Source of the DNA: Mustelus asterias
Taxonomy: Eukaryota
Reading direction: 5' to 3'
DNA: 64,000 nt
Assembly (NCBI RefSeq): GCF_964213995.1
Contig: NC_135808.1
Coordinates: 36,580,001-36,644,000 of the forward strand
Shown here one piece after another: positions 16,106 through 29,164 of this stretch; the stretch's first letter is position 1; each line of letters begins with the position of its first letter. A program made the position numbers and the translations under genes. Below the pieces are notes generated by a model. The model saw nothing but the letters and a program-made list of their open reading frames with translations, was not told the DNA's origin and searched no databases.

Positions 16106-16860
16106 CTGAAATGAGGAATTCCAGCATTTTCTCAATCTGTCAGAGAGTGAGTGCAAATTTGATGAGTCTAATGGTCTCCTTTTGCCTGTAGGGATTCTGT
16201 GAAGTGCCTGGGCAGAGGAAATAAAGTGGTCACATTGTCAACTACCAAGTGTCCCTGCTGGAAACAGACTGTGGAAAATTGCAAGTGACACATGGGAATC
16301 GCAGACTGGCACTCACTGTGGAACCGTCTCTAACTGAGGAGTCAACCTCTTCAGCAAAGGAGGAGAGTGAATTTGAGGAAAACCTGTTTCCTTTTCCTGC
16401 TTTACAGAAGGATTACGCCGTACTACACCGGGGAATATCGAGAGAATAGACACAACAGATAGATCCTGACCATTACCCAAGGAACAACTGCACAACTGTG
16501 GAAAGCTATCCAGTCCCTTCACAGCATTGTCCAACAGAGCAGATTGGGCAGTGAAACAATCATCTGGAAATTGGTCGGGTCAGGGTACTTTGACATATCA
16601 GATCTGAAACGGGTCAGTGGTGTGGGACCATCCATCAGAACCAACCTTTCCGAAGGTTGGCTGTGGGCAATCGATCAGGATGAGGCTGGGAAGACATTTG
16701 AGTGAAGTGCAAGTGTGGTGAGAGCTTTAATCATTCATCGAGCCTCATGGCCAACTGACTAATTCCTACAGATGAGAGGCTGTTCAAGTGTGAAATGTGT
16801 GTCAGATCATAAAATCTTCTCAGGTGTTTTTGTTACAACTACTGTTACAAGGGCAACCAC

Positions 16861-18966
16861 ATGGAAGGAAAACGATTCAGCTGTGATGTTTGCGATCAAG
16901 GTTTTGTGAATTCCATGATGCTTCTGAGACACCAGGTGATTCACACAGGGGGCAAACCCTTCACGTGTGAGGTGTGCAACAAATCATTCTCAGAGTCATG
17001 GACTGTCCGTAATCACCAACGCATTCACACAGGAGAGAAACCATTCACATGCGAGGTGTGTGACAAATCATTTTCGCAGTCATCGACCCTCCACAGACAT
17101 CGTCGCATTCACAGAGGGGAGAAACCTTTCACTTGTGACGTGTGTGACAAATCATTCTCGCGGTCATCGCACCTCCATAGGCACCAGCGTACTCACACAG
17201 GGGAGAAACCCTACACGTGTGAGGTGTGTGACAAATCATTTTCTGAGTCATCGAACCTCCGTGTACACCAACGCATTCACACAGGAGAGAAATCTTTGCC
17301 GTGCAAGGTATGTGTTATATATTTAACTGGTTGCATCATTGCCTTCGGAGCTGATCACATGATTTGGTGATGTCATCAGGGTGTTTCACAGGCAGCTGTT
17401 TCGTTTCAGTTTGTACTCTGTATAGGGCAGATAACACTGCTTCAATAAACATACTGCGCGTACTTTGAATCCACATGTGCAAACCACATATTTTCTTTTT
17501 GTTCAAAACCCACAACCCCTAACAAAGAACATTACAGTATGTGGCAAATGATTCTCAGACTCATTGGCTTCTTGCATACGCTGACATATTCACATTCAAG
17601 GTATATGACAAAATATTCTTGGACACATTAGTTTCTTGTGTATACAAACACATTGACATGTATGGATGTGACAAATCAATCCCTGGGTCACATTCCCACT
17701 ACATACAGCAACACATTTATGCAGAATACAAATCATTCACATGCATGCTAATATCAGAATATTAAATATATATATATGTTAATTTTTGAAACTTTAAAAT
17801 CGTAATTTTTGAGTTGAAAATACAGAAAGATCGCGGTTTTTTAAACTAATTTTATGTTGTGTTGTGAAATGCGGTTGCCTTGTAGTTGGCTCTGACTTTG
17901 TCATAAGATTGAAACCTAATCAGAAGTCCCTCTGGGTGCAGGCTGAAAGCTGTCTCCAGCACTCAGAAAATGTGTCACAGGCAGCACAGCAAAGTCTGAA
18001 CCATGATTCATGTTTCATTTTCATTTCTTCCTTTAGGTAAAGCTGACCCATAACTCACAGGAGAGCTCATTGACTGGAGGGCGGGTTCTGTACATCAAGG
18101 AGCTGACAGAACATGAGGAGTTCACAAGGAAGCAGTTTGGTCCCTCCAACCCCACGATAACCAACTCAGATATGGGGATGAGCGAAGGTGATGTCAGCAG
18201 CTGAGTGTTCAAACCATCAGGAGGAGAGTTAATTTACGTGACAAAAGATAACAATTGTGATTTTCTTCCTCTGACAGATAAAAAAGTATCCATGGGCAGA
18301 GCAGATGGTGATGGAGGAGAGTTGGCAGCAGCGTCTGAGATTCCCAAAAGGACTGATGAGGAAGGGACAGAGGTAAATACCTCACAGCAATTTGGCATGG
18401 CAACTGCAGTGGAGGAGGGAGTGGTCAATGATGAGGTCAAGTTAAATATTGTAGTTTGTGTGAAGGAGGAGCCCTGTGATGCTCTGGCTGCTGTGGTGGA
18501 GGGAGGCCACTTCGTAACTTCTGGATGTGTGGAACCTGCCGCTTTGGTAGCAGAAGCTCCGCCACCTCCACGAGCGCACAGACGACATCAGGCCCTTGCT
18601 GCTGGTGAAGAAAATGAAGATGATCTGAAACCTCTTGCACGTTTACATCAGGAACAGGTTCAAAGTACGGAGCGTTATCAGGCCATTTCTAACTTGCTTC
18701 AGCAAACTTTAACTGAATTTAAGACGGATGTTAACCAGAAGCTTCAAAGTAACAATGAAATTCTTCAGCATCATCTACAAAGAAATAATGAGATTATTCA
18801 ACAGCATCTACAAAGAAACAATGAGATTCTTCAACAACAGAACGAGATTCTTTGTCAACTTCTGCAAAGAAGCAATGAAACTTTGAATGAAATGAGGCCG
18901 ATTCTGTCTCGAGTTGTAGCATGGTCCTTCAAAATCCATGAGAAAGGGGGACAGATCTCAAGATAG
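16861..18966 (+). CDS. Predicted spliced fusion gene: 5 C2H2 fingers plus Harbinger Myb/SANT-like C-terminal region; exons 16861-17307, 18037-18187, 18278-18966 (~428 aa)
   Basis: Donor AAG|GTATGT at phase 0; acceptor tttcttcctttag|; 151-nt exon VKLTHNSQESSLTGGRVLYIKELTEHEE...; GAAG|gt..cag|AT joins in frame with ORF 18205-18966. Same structure in the paralog at 46178. Confidence 0.75.
17313..17536. mobile_element. Solo LTR (224 bp) with 5-bp target-site duplication GTATG
   Basis: TG...CA ends, internal AATAAA, GTATG at 17308-17312 and 17537-17541; absent from the paralog at 47213. Confidence 0.7.
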
Positions 18967-21560
18967 TTCAGAGAATTATTTGAGGAATGGTGAAGAAAGT
19001 CAGGCAATTGGAGGTTCTGGATATTTTGTTTCAAAGGGAGAACTTTTTCTTTGCTTATCTAACAAAATAAGTAGACAAATTAAAATTTTGAGAGATGATG
19101 AGTGGCCGCATTTTTGTGAGATTTGGCGCTACTCATCTTTGAATCCTTTTTTAAAATCCTGATGCAAGACCCATAATTATTTGATTCTGATGTGCATAAT
19201 CTGTGAAATCCTGGTAAATGTTTTAACACCGGGGAGCCGAATTTAGTCAAAGAAATCCTCGTCCGTGTCAGAGAGGGCTGGGGTGGGGCCCAGTTCATGG
19301 CGGTTGTTCACTGGTTAGCGAGTTTGCACTTTGGTGATACTGTTGCCCCCATGATGAAGGCCATTCTTGTGCGTTAAAATGTGGACAAAGTTTTCAGCGC
19401 CCCGGCACAGATTATTGATACCATGATGAATTGTGAGATATCCTACAGAGCATGGATGAAGCGGAGATTAGAATCCTGTCAGAGGTAGGGCCTCTCCTTC
19501 CATCCTTGGAAATTCTGCTGCATGGTATGTTGAGACATCCTGCAGGAGTTTGGGCGACAGTGTCAAGTGAGGGCTGTCCATGAGCTAGATCACCTGAGAA
19601 GAGCCGTGGTGAGATTCCTGGCTGATTTTGAGAACTGGCTGCCATGCTTTCACAATCTCGATCTGAGGGCTGGGCATCTTCAGTTTGGTCAAGCATATTT
19701 CATCTGGGCTTCGAGACCTGGGGTCGGTCCGAGACCTCAACCCTGGCCTTGCATTGTCTTGACAATGTTTGTCAAGAAGGGTTGGAGGCGGCCGGACGCA
19801 ATGAGTCTGCAACACCCACCGGGGCCCAGGTTCCTGCTCATTGGGCTCTGGGATGACATGACAGATGAACAGAGAGTTTGGTGAAACTGGATGACTCTTG
19901 TGTGTTCCTTGATGATGCAGTCATGGCCTCAACCTTTTCTAGCTCCATGTATTATCCTGCAGTTCATCATTGATCCCGAACTTTGTTCCTTTGTGATGTT
20001 GCCTTTTATCGTGATAAGGGTATATGATGAGCACACACACAGGCAGTTTTTCTTTTTGCCTGTTACCCTTTTTTTTAGGGCCTTCTGGTCTACTGTCCTT
20101 CTGAGCATTGGTTCATCCTGAGGTGTGGTATCATGTTGTCTCTGATGCCAGAGTACAAGCTTTTGGGCTTATGCTCTGGTGTTGATTTTCCTTCTTCAAT
20201 TGGAGTTCAGACTGGGTGGAGTACTGGGCTTGTCTCCCTCCATGTGGTCTTGCATGGAGTCGACAAGGCTGATTCTCCTCTGGGGTCTGGACTCCCCGGG
20301 AGGGTGGTACCTTGTGATGGTGTATTCCTGAGCTTTTAGGACACTACTCTTCCTATCTGGGCAGATTAGATGTTGACTTGGTGTAGTTCAGAGGGTGTCC
20401 TTTTATCTTTGGGGGACAGGGAAAGGTCACATCTCCCCCCAAGATATCCTGTTGGTGGATGTCATGACAAATTTTCTCCACACGAGTGGGGGGCTTAGGA
20501 GTGGAAAATGCTTCACATTTTCTTTCCGGTGGGCGGTGGGGTCTGCTTGGTGATTCTGATAGGATTGGGGTGCATAATCTGTTATATCATGAAGCTCAGT
20601 CTGGGTTTAACTCCTTGGATCATTGACACAAAGAAAGAAGAACGTCAATGTCTTGGCTCTTTTTTGTGTAATGCTGGGAAGGACAGTAGTTGTTCTGTGG
20701 TTCGTACTGAGGAGAGTAGGGATTATTTTTTTCCCGGATTGGGAGAGGGAAGCCTGTCCTCTCCACGATATGACCCCAGTTTTCGTGGGTTTTTTTTCGA
20801 CAACTCCTCTCCTCATGGTCAAGGCATTTGTGGGGATGATAGTGAACTCGGTTATGTGAGCTCTATTTTCTCTGTTCTCAGGTGGAACTGTGTTACTCTG
20901 CTCCTGTTATTTGGTCTTGCTTAGATATATATGATGTTGTACTTCATTACGTTGAAACTGATTTTGATGGTTGTATCCTGGGTTGTCCCTGTTCCTGGGG
21001 TATCTTCTGGTGTATTATGCCCTAATTGAATATTTTTTTACCACACAAGAAAGATTTCTAAAGTTTGGAATGTCTTACTACTGTCTGGTAAACAAATTTT
21101 CAAATAATGGGGAAAAAAATACTGGCTGGATATCAGAATTTGTGTAACCATGGAAGACAGTTATGGCAAAGAAATGTTCAAGTGGTTGGTACAAAATATT
21201 GGAATTGATTCACTGGTGGAAGTGGAGTGGAAGCTTTGTGGAAAAGCATTCGTATAATCTGGACTGGATTCAGAATGCAAGCTGCTAAGTGAAATTATTA
21301 CTTCAAGAGAATATTTTGAAGCCTATTTTGGGAATGGAGTTTGGAAACTCTCATATGATCATCTTCTGGGGGGATTCTGAGGAGAAATCCACAAACACTA
21401 ACTTCGCCTGTTTGTGAGACCATTGTAGCTTCAAATGTACTTTGTCATCCATATTAAAATCTGTGTATGATTGCTAAGCAAAAGGGGGAGTAAAGCAGTA
21501 TTATAAGATCCATTTTCCATGTTTAATAAATGATTTTTTCTTGTTGTTAAAAATAATTAG
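18925..21560. mobile_element. Degraded retroelement-like insertion(s), family uncertain
   Basis: Absent from the paralogous region after 48820; fragmented ORFs; LTR-like end with AATAAA near 21525. Confidence 0.35.
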
Positions 21561-23434
21561 TGGTCCTATGGCTCTGGTGCTCTGTGTTTGTTTAAAACAA
21601 GTACAAGTTATGGTTTTTGAGCCAGGGTTCCATTCAAGCATCTTCTGTCCAGTTATAACATCAACTGAGATCATAGCATGTGGTTTTGGGGTGAGAGGCA
21701 TCTGAAACTCAACATGTACAAATTTGATTCATGAGGAGCTGGTCTGAATGCCATGGATATGGATGTTTGGATAGATAGGGTTCCCTTGTGGAAAGGAAGG
21801 TCTCCCTTTGGTTATGGTCCCCAGACATCTTTATGACAGTTAAGCTGCCCATTGGGAAAAGTAAGATGTCCTCTGAGATCACTAAATGTGGGCAATGAAT
21901 GTGTTGGAAAGTGCATAAACCCATTGGAACTGAGAGCTCATTGAAACTCAAAAACAGTTGCCAGAAATGTCTAGATGAAATGTCTAGGTATCTATCAAGC
22001 TCAAAAGGCACTCAAATTCCTGCATTTAATTCTTGGAAGAAACTGATTAAAATGTTAAAACAATAGCCTTTCACTGTGTCTGTTGACATAAGCCTCAGGC
22101 ATTGACCTGATTAGTTGTTCACAACAGATTTTACAACCATCCATTGTCATAGTCTGGTGCCTGCAATTTCACAGTTTGATTCACAGCTCTAAATGGTTAT
22201 GGACACTTTGAAGTGGGACTATGAATTTCATTGTTTTTATAGGGGATTATGCAATTAAATGAAAACATTGTTGTTCTATGGGATAATGTAATTGAAGGAA
22301 TCTAAATGTCACAATTAGTTTTTTTAAAATGAAGTTTTTAATGAATAAAATGTTGATCAGAAAAAAGTCTCCAATAGACACTTTGCTTTATTAAACCTCA
22401 CCGTGGACCCTGAGGTCTGCCCATTGGGATAATGGGAGAATTGACATTGGTGGTGTCAGGGAAATGGGTGGTGGATGGGGGAAAATGGGTTGGTTTGAGT
22501 TGCCACGAATTGGCAGAGGGACTTCAAAGGGCCATCTGGACTGGGTGGATGGACAGAAGGTGGTATGGAGCGTTTGAGGGGTCATGGGTGGAAGACATAG
22601 GATGACAGGATATCAAAGGCCTTATGGATATAATTGGGGCATTGTTTGGCATGGATGGAGGTAATATTGTAATTATGACCATATTTTAACTATTTCTCCT
22701 GTTTATGTGACACACCTGAAATAAAATATTCGCTGTGGGCCTGTAGTTTGCTGAACGAATGGCTGGTCACAGCATGTAGACTGGAATCATGAGTATGATA
22801 GACTGTTGGTATCTGAATGCACAAAAACCCCCGAGTCTAATTTGAAAAGCCGCCTCAAAAGTGGGCAGCAGATAGATGGGAACACCACCACCTGCAAGTT
22901 CCCCTCCAAGTCACACACCATCCTGACTTGGAAATTTATTGTTGTTCTTTCACTCCCACTGGGTCAGATCCTGAAACTCCTTACCTAACAGCACTGTGGG
23001 TGTACCTACACAACATGGACTGCAGTGGGCCAATAAGGCAGCTCACCACTGCCTTTTCAAGGACAAATAGGGATGGGCAATAAATGCTGGTCTAACCAGT
23101 GATGCCCACATTCTATGATCAAACAAATAATTGTTAATAGTGTGAAGAAAAGAGCAGCAAAGATCAAAACCAAAAACAATCTACTGACCAAATTTGCTGG
23201 ATCTCTGTTGGGAAGCTGCTGCCACAACACACAGGACCTCAGCATTCGCCCTATCAGACTCCACAGCAGAGTACTGAGCACCTCGTAAAGGACATCTCAC
23301 ACACATCTTGCTGAGACTCAACTGAACACATCAATATGCATCATAACTGCAACCCTCCACTCAGCTCCTTTCCCCTGGCTTCCTGTCCTCACAAACATCA
23401 CTCCCCCTCACATTCCCTGACTGACCATAACCCA

Positions 23435-23752
23435 CAAGCTATAGAATCTCTGCAGTGCAGAAGCAGACCATTCAGCCCACCAAGTCTGCACTGACTCCCC
23501 AACAGAGCATCCCACCCAGAACCTAACTCTGTAACCACACGTATTTACCCCATTAATTCTTCTAACCTACACATCTTGGGACAATAAGGAGCATTTCAGC
23601 AAGGCCAATTGACCTCACCTGTCTTTGGACTGTGGGAGGAGACTGGAGCACCCAAAGGAAACTAACGCAGCTACTGGCAGAACGTGTAAACTCCACACAG
23701 TCACCCAAGATCTGGTCCATGGCGCTGTGCAAACCACTGAGCCACCATGCCA
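23435..23752 (-). mobile_element. HE1/V-SINE
   Basis: tttggactgtgggagg...actccacacagtcaccc core as in other copies. Confidence 0.75.
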
Positions 23753-23759
23753 CCCCTCA

Positions 23760-24170
23760 CTGATTCACTCCATGATGACCTGTGAACCTACCTTCTGCCC
23801 ACTTTCCATCTCAGTGCCCATATGGAACAACCTTCCTGAGCAGGATCGCCCAGTGGACATCCTTTGGATCAAGGAAACCCGGAAAATCACTAACAAATTC
23901 CTTGTCTCAAACCCCAACTATCAAATGGCTTCGAACTACCCCAGTGAGAGTGCTCCTTGCTAAATAGGTTCAGGACAGGCCAAGACCCCGAGCAGGCAAC
24001 TTCCATCACCGGGGCCTCAGTACAAATCCCTTGCATGCACTTGTGGAGAAACATAAACAATGCTGCTCATTACCGAGGAGTGACCCTCTACAGACTAATC
24101 ACCTTAAACTCAATGAATGAGCCGATTGCTCGGCTTCAGGAATTTGCATTCAAAAAATAAAACAAAAAAC
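23760..24170 (+). mobile_element. Old LINE 3' end (RTE-X/I-like)
   Basis: LNRFRTGQ followed by a degenerate Cys/His knuckle and an A-rich tail. Confidence 0.45.
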
Positions 24171-25269
24171 AGAAACCCAGACACAAGGAAAACACTGGCA
24201 CCTGTAGTTCCAACTAGTTAACACTTTAAATCAAATTAAATTTTCAGGCTGCCAGTTTACAGGGGGGAAAACATTCGGTACACAGTTTTGGGACTTAATC
24301 CCATAGAAACTGAATCTAACACAACAGAAATTTTACGTGTTATTGTCAGCTGTCGCTTAACAACACTCCTCTGAGTCAAAAAGTTGCAAGTTCAAGTCTC
24401 ACTCCAGAGACTTGAGCACTGAGGGCTGACACTCCAGTGCAGTACTGAAGGAGTCCTGCACTGTCAGTGGTACCATCTTTCAGATGAGTCAAACCAAGTC
24501 CCTATCTGTCCTGTCGGGTAAATGTAAAAGATCCCATGACACTATGTTGTAAATGAGCAGGGGAGATATCGCTGATGCCCCAGTGTGATGTTCGTGTACC
24601 TTTAAGATTTTTTAAAAAAATCATGTTCTCTGCAGCTCTCCCAGCCTCAGTTGATGCCGTTGTTGTCGAATTGGCTGGAGAAGTGCTTTTACTGCTCCTT
24701 CAGTGGCTGATACATGGGCAGATACAGTTGGGCCTCCAAGACTGGCAGAGCCAGGTGACGCAGAGGCCTTTGGAGCTCACTCCAGCTGCCTCTCTGTATG
24801 ATGGAGTGTCGCAGGGGCACATTGAGGGAGGAGGAAGGGCTGGAGACAATGCTGGAGTCCCCAGCCCTCCTGAATCCCCCCTTCCTGACACCGGTGCATC
24901 TCACGGGCAGTGGGATGAACAGGGTGGCACACCTACATCCGTGAAAGTTCGCCGGAGCCCTCCACGTCCTGGCACCTAAGGGACTTCTGCCAAGGGCATC
25001 ACAAGGCGAGGAATATAGCTGACTGTCTCCACCTCTGATGTGCATCCTGGGGCGCACCTAGATGTAGCAGGACTTGTAAGGTTAAGAACTTGTAGGGTCA
25101 CCAAGAGGACACAGGTGAAGGCATACGCTAGTTAGGTTGTGTTGTCACTTAGAAAGTCACTATTAACTATTATTGCATCCCACAGCTGCAACTGTGATTC
25201 ACCTCTCACAGGGCTGACCATACCCAGGCGGTAGGCATAGCATCATTCTGCATGAGAGATGCCCTTCTC

Positions 25270-25810
25270 ATTTGGAGTATTGTGAGCAGTTTTGGGCCCC
25301 GTATCTAAGAAAGGATGTGTTAGCCTTGGAAAGTGTCCAAAGGAGGTTCACAAGAATGATCCCTGGAATGAAGAGCTTGTCGGAAGAGGAACGGTTGAGT
25401 GCTCTGGGGTTGTACTCATTGGAGTTTAGAAGGATGAGGGGGGATCTTATTGAAACTTACAGGCTACCGAGAAGCCTTGATAGAGTGGACGTGAAGAGGA
25501 TGTTTCCACTCGTAGGAAAAACTAGAACCAGAGGGCACAACCTCCGACTAAAGGGACGATCCTTTAAAACAGATGAGGAGGAATTTTTTCAGCCAGAAAG
25601 TGGTGGAACACTTTGCCACAGAAGGCTGTGGAGGCCAGATCATAGAGTATCTTTAAGACAGAGATAGATAGGGTTCTTGATTAATAAGAGGATCAGGGAT
25701 TATGGGGAAAAGGCAGGAGAATGGGGATGAGTAAAATATCAGCCATGATTGAATGGCAGAGCAGACACGCTGGGCCGAGTGGTCTAATTCTACTCCTATG
25801 TCTTATGGTC
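25270..25810 (+). mobile_element. CR1 3' fragment
   Basis: ORF 25272-25667: EYCEQFWAPYLRKDVLALESVQRRFTRMIPG. Confidence 0.9.
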
Positions 25811-26724
25811 TAACACATGGGCTCAGGCGCCAGTGTGCATTCTGAGAACAGCTCTCAGTTGTTTCGGTGAATATGGCAAATCAGTTACAAATCTATGACA
25901 CACGATTGATAAAAAAGACAAACAAGACAATATTCAGCTTACACCAAGTGTTTAATCAACTAACAAAGTATTTGAAAATTTCCCAGAACCTGAAATGAAT
26001 CTTGGAAGAGTGTAAGGTGAGCATATCACACTGTTATTACATCAAGGTACGATGGGCTGAGGGAATTCAGGTCTGCAGACTCACCACCACTCCTTCACCA
26101 TACTCAGGATAGTAGTTCTCCCAGACAGTTGAATACAAACATTACCCAGGGTATTAGTCAAACACCCGTCATTTGAAGAGATCTGTCTATAAGTCACATC
26201 ACCAGCTTAGGCAGGGTCCAACTCTACCATATACCCACTCCTGACAGCTGACTCACTTTACTAACACACACTCACATCAGGGGAAATTCTCTCAGAATAT
26301 GACAGACAGAACTTTCTTTAAAATCTCTTTCCTTAGTCTAGCTCCCAATTCCGATGGTCAGAAATGACAGTGAACATTACTGACACAGGATGGAGCTCGT
26401 TTCCATCATATAAACACACCAATGAGTACAGAGATCCAGTGGTCACGAGTCCATGGACCAGTTTCCATTCCTGGAAGACACTCCTCCCCCAGTTGAGTTG
26501 TTTTTATTTTTATTTTCTCACAGCACACAGAAACAAAAGATTAAAACAGTAAGAGTTAGAATTGTACATCACATTAATCATCAGTGTTGTTGACAGAAAT
26601 ATTAAGCAACATTACAAAGGCACTTTTAGTTTAGAGAATCAGGTTACATGTATAGACAGGTGTTGAAATAACAGATAAACAAGAAACTGCTGATGAAAAC
26701 TGATTTGTATAAAAGTTGCTCCCT

Positions 26725-26935
26725 TATAGAATCCCTACAGTGCAGACCGGGGTCATTTGGCCCATCCAGACCCTCACCCCGTAACCCAACACATTTACCC
26801 TGCTAGTCCCCCTGACACTCAGGGTCAATTTAGCATGGAATCAACCTAACCCACACATATTTGGACTGAGGGAGAAAACTGGAGCACCCAAGGAAACCCA
26901 AACAGACACAGTCACTTAAGGCCAGAATCGAACCC
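26725..26935 (-). mobile_element. HE1/V-SINE fragment
   Basis: atagaatccctacagtgcag tail and V core. Confidence 0.7.
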
Positions 26936-27300
26936 AGGGCCTGTACAGTGAGAAGCGGCAGTATGGAATCAGGAGGAGAGCCAGCTCGTGGTGCCTGGTG
27001 GGAGTTGTAGTTCTGCCGCACGCAGCGGCGTTTAGCACCCAGGATTCGGGGGTTGGAATGTGAGGAAGCGCGAGCCCGAGCAGATCAATCAAATTGAACA
27101 GCAGAAATTGACCCTTGGTAGGAACCAGAGCGATGGCGGTGGGAAGATTCACCATTGCAGGAGATTCTCTGTATACAACTGAAGAGGAAGAAGTCACACA
27201 AATCACAGCAGTCCCACTGACTGGACAACACAGAGAAGTTGCAGCAGGAGGATAGTGTGGTCGGCTATGTCAAAGGCTGCAGAGGAGGTTTCATCTCTCT
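26936..27300 (-). promoter_or_regulatory. SBS/ZNF143 promoter block, copy 2 (apparently orphaned)
   Basis: tgcctggtgggagttgtagt at 26992-27011; collinear with 12430-12790. Confidence 0.6.
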
Positions 27301-28354
27301 CCACAGATGTGTCCTGACCTGAGGATTTGTGGGGGAGGAGTCATTTTTGACAGTAATATGTGGTGTTCTGAAATGCCGAGTAATGAGCTTCCATTTATAT
27401 TCTCTCCAGATATTTGAACAGGTGGCAAGCTGGGACTCATAACAAATTTCATTCCAGTCTTCCTCCGGTATCTCCTGTTGTAATTCAACCTCCCATTTCC
27501 TGGAGTTTGATGATGCTGAGAGCTTGTCTGCCATTTGGGAGAAAACACAATCAGAGCAATCCTAAAGATAAGGCTGAAGATCTTTGAATAAATTATGGGT
27601 TATCCTCATTTGGGGCATATATATTTATCAATGGTACCTCTGTCCCACCCACTGGATGGGGACTTTACGACCTCACTCATCCTGAAACTCTAAAATCCCA
27701 TCCGAGGGCAACGGGTCTACCCATTGTCTGTCCCTTGCCCGCTCCGATTCCCGTGGCAGGCGGGACCATAAATTTTCAGCCACTGCCCCATTAAGCAACA
27801 TGAAGCTGCCTTCATTGTCCATATGTTGAGTGGATACAGAAATTCGCCAATCTGTGGAATAAGATTAGTATACCCTTTTTTCTCCCTGATGTATGAGAGA
27901 TAAAGAACACCTGGTTTGTCCAAGATCTGCCCAGCTGAATATGTTCTATATCTGATAAATGTGTTTCTTGTAAAAATGCAATTTTGCAGCTTAATGTTTC
28001 AACTGACAGAGTATCTTTTTTCTCTTCATAGAGTATGTCCCCCTTTCACATTATAGCTAATTACCTTTAATGCATCCACAATAATCTGTGTGTAATTGAC
28101 GTGACCCAGCTTGCGAAAAGAGCATCGAGAGAGAGGGTTAGTGAAAAAGAAAGAAAACTAGTACTATCCATAAAGTGGCTTTAATGTTGTTCCCGGAGAT
28201 TACTATGGGGTAGTATGTCCACAAAAGGTTTAACTGCAGATTTGACCCATTTCTAAGTGGGGCTAGGCCGAAACCAAAATGTTTAAATGAACAAAAGCGA
28301 GGCTTAGCATCTCGCTATCGAAGTGGTTAAATAGATAATTAGAATCATGGAACA

Positions 28355-28655
28355 GAATCATAGAAACCCGACAGTGCAGAATGACATAAAGCCAATCACA
28401 AGTCTGCACCGATTCACTGACAGGGCATCTTACCCAGGTCCACCCCATCCCCGTAACCCCGCTAATCCTCCTATCCTAATATTTTTGGACACTAAGGGCA
28501 ATTGAGCATGACCAATCCGCTTAACCTGCACATCTTTGGACTGTGGGAAGAAACCAGGGCACCTGGAGAAAACCCATGCAGGCAAGGGGAGAATGTGCAA
28601 ACTCCACACAGACGGTCACCTGAGGCCGTGCTGTGAGGCAGCAATGCTAACCCAG
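28355..28655 (-). mobile_element. HE1/V-SINE
   Basis: Shared HE1 core and tail. Confidence 0.75.
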
Positions 28656-29164
28656 TCCATGGGTAATGTAAAAATTAAAAAGTGTGCAATTTAAACAGTT
28701 TCATTTTGTTCCCATTGATATCTGAAACACATCTCTCCATAGTTTTAACACCGTGCTCCCTCATTAATGTCTCTGAAGCAGACTCTCTGCAGCGCGAACC
28801 ATTGGGCAGCTAAGCAGGGAATTGCATCGTCGCTGATTTCTACCAGGAGTGTGCCATCTCTCTCCAGCTGCTCGCCCTCCAAGTGGCTCACAGTGATGCC
28901 CAGGTGTTTCAGTCCGTCTGCAATCTCCAATGCTGATGGAAAGATTTTGTTTCCATCCATGCAACATTGCAGGATAAGATGTCAGAATCTTATGTTCTTT
29001 GCCCTAAGCTGCTTGTTAGTTTCTGCATACTCACATCTTTTCTGCTGCAGAGCCGGTGAGTAGTCCTTGTGTGATTCTTCTTCCTTTCCTTAGAGGTTTT
29101 TCTCACCCCAAGCCTTGGTGAGAATAGAGTGTTTTGTCCAAAAGCTAAGAAATTTCACCACAAA

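Noticed and set aside
18205-18277. ORF-track starts MFKPSGGELIY at 18205 and 48099 as stand-alone genes
   Set aside because: They begin at GTG inside a 90-nt intron ending in a clear acceptor; the spliced model explains the frame better.
24575-25260. GC-rich ORFs 24575-24979 and 24689-25057 as a gene or another Harbinger remnant
   Set aside because: No recognisable motif or splice structure; probably a decayed TE, but it cannot be assigned.
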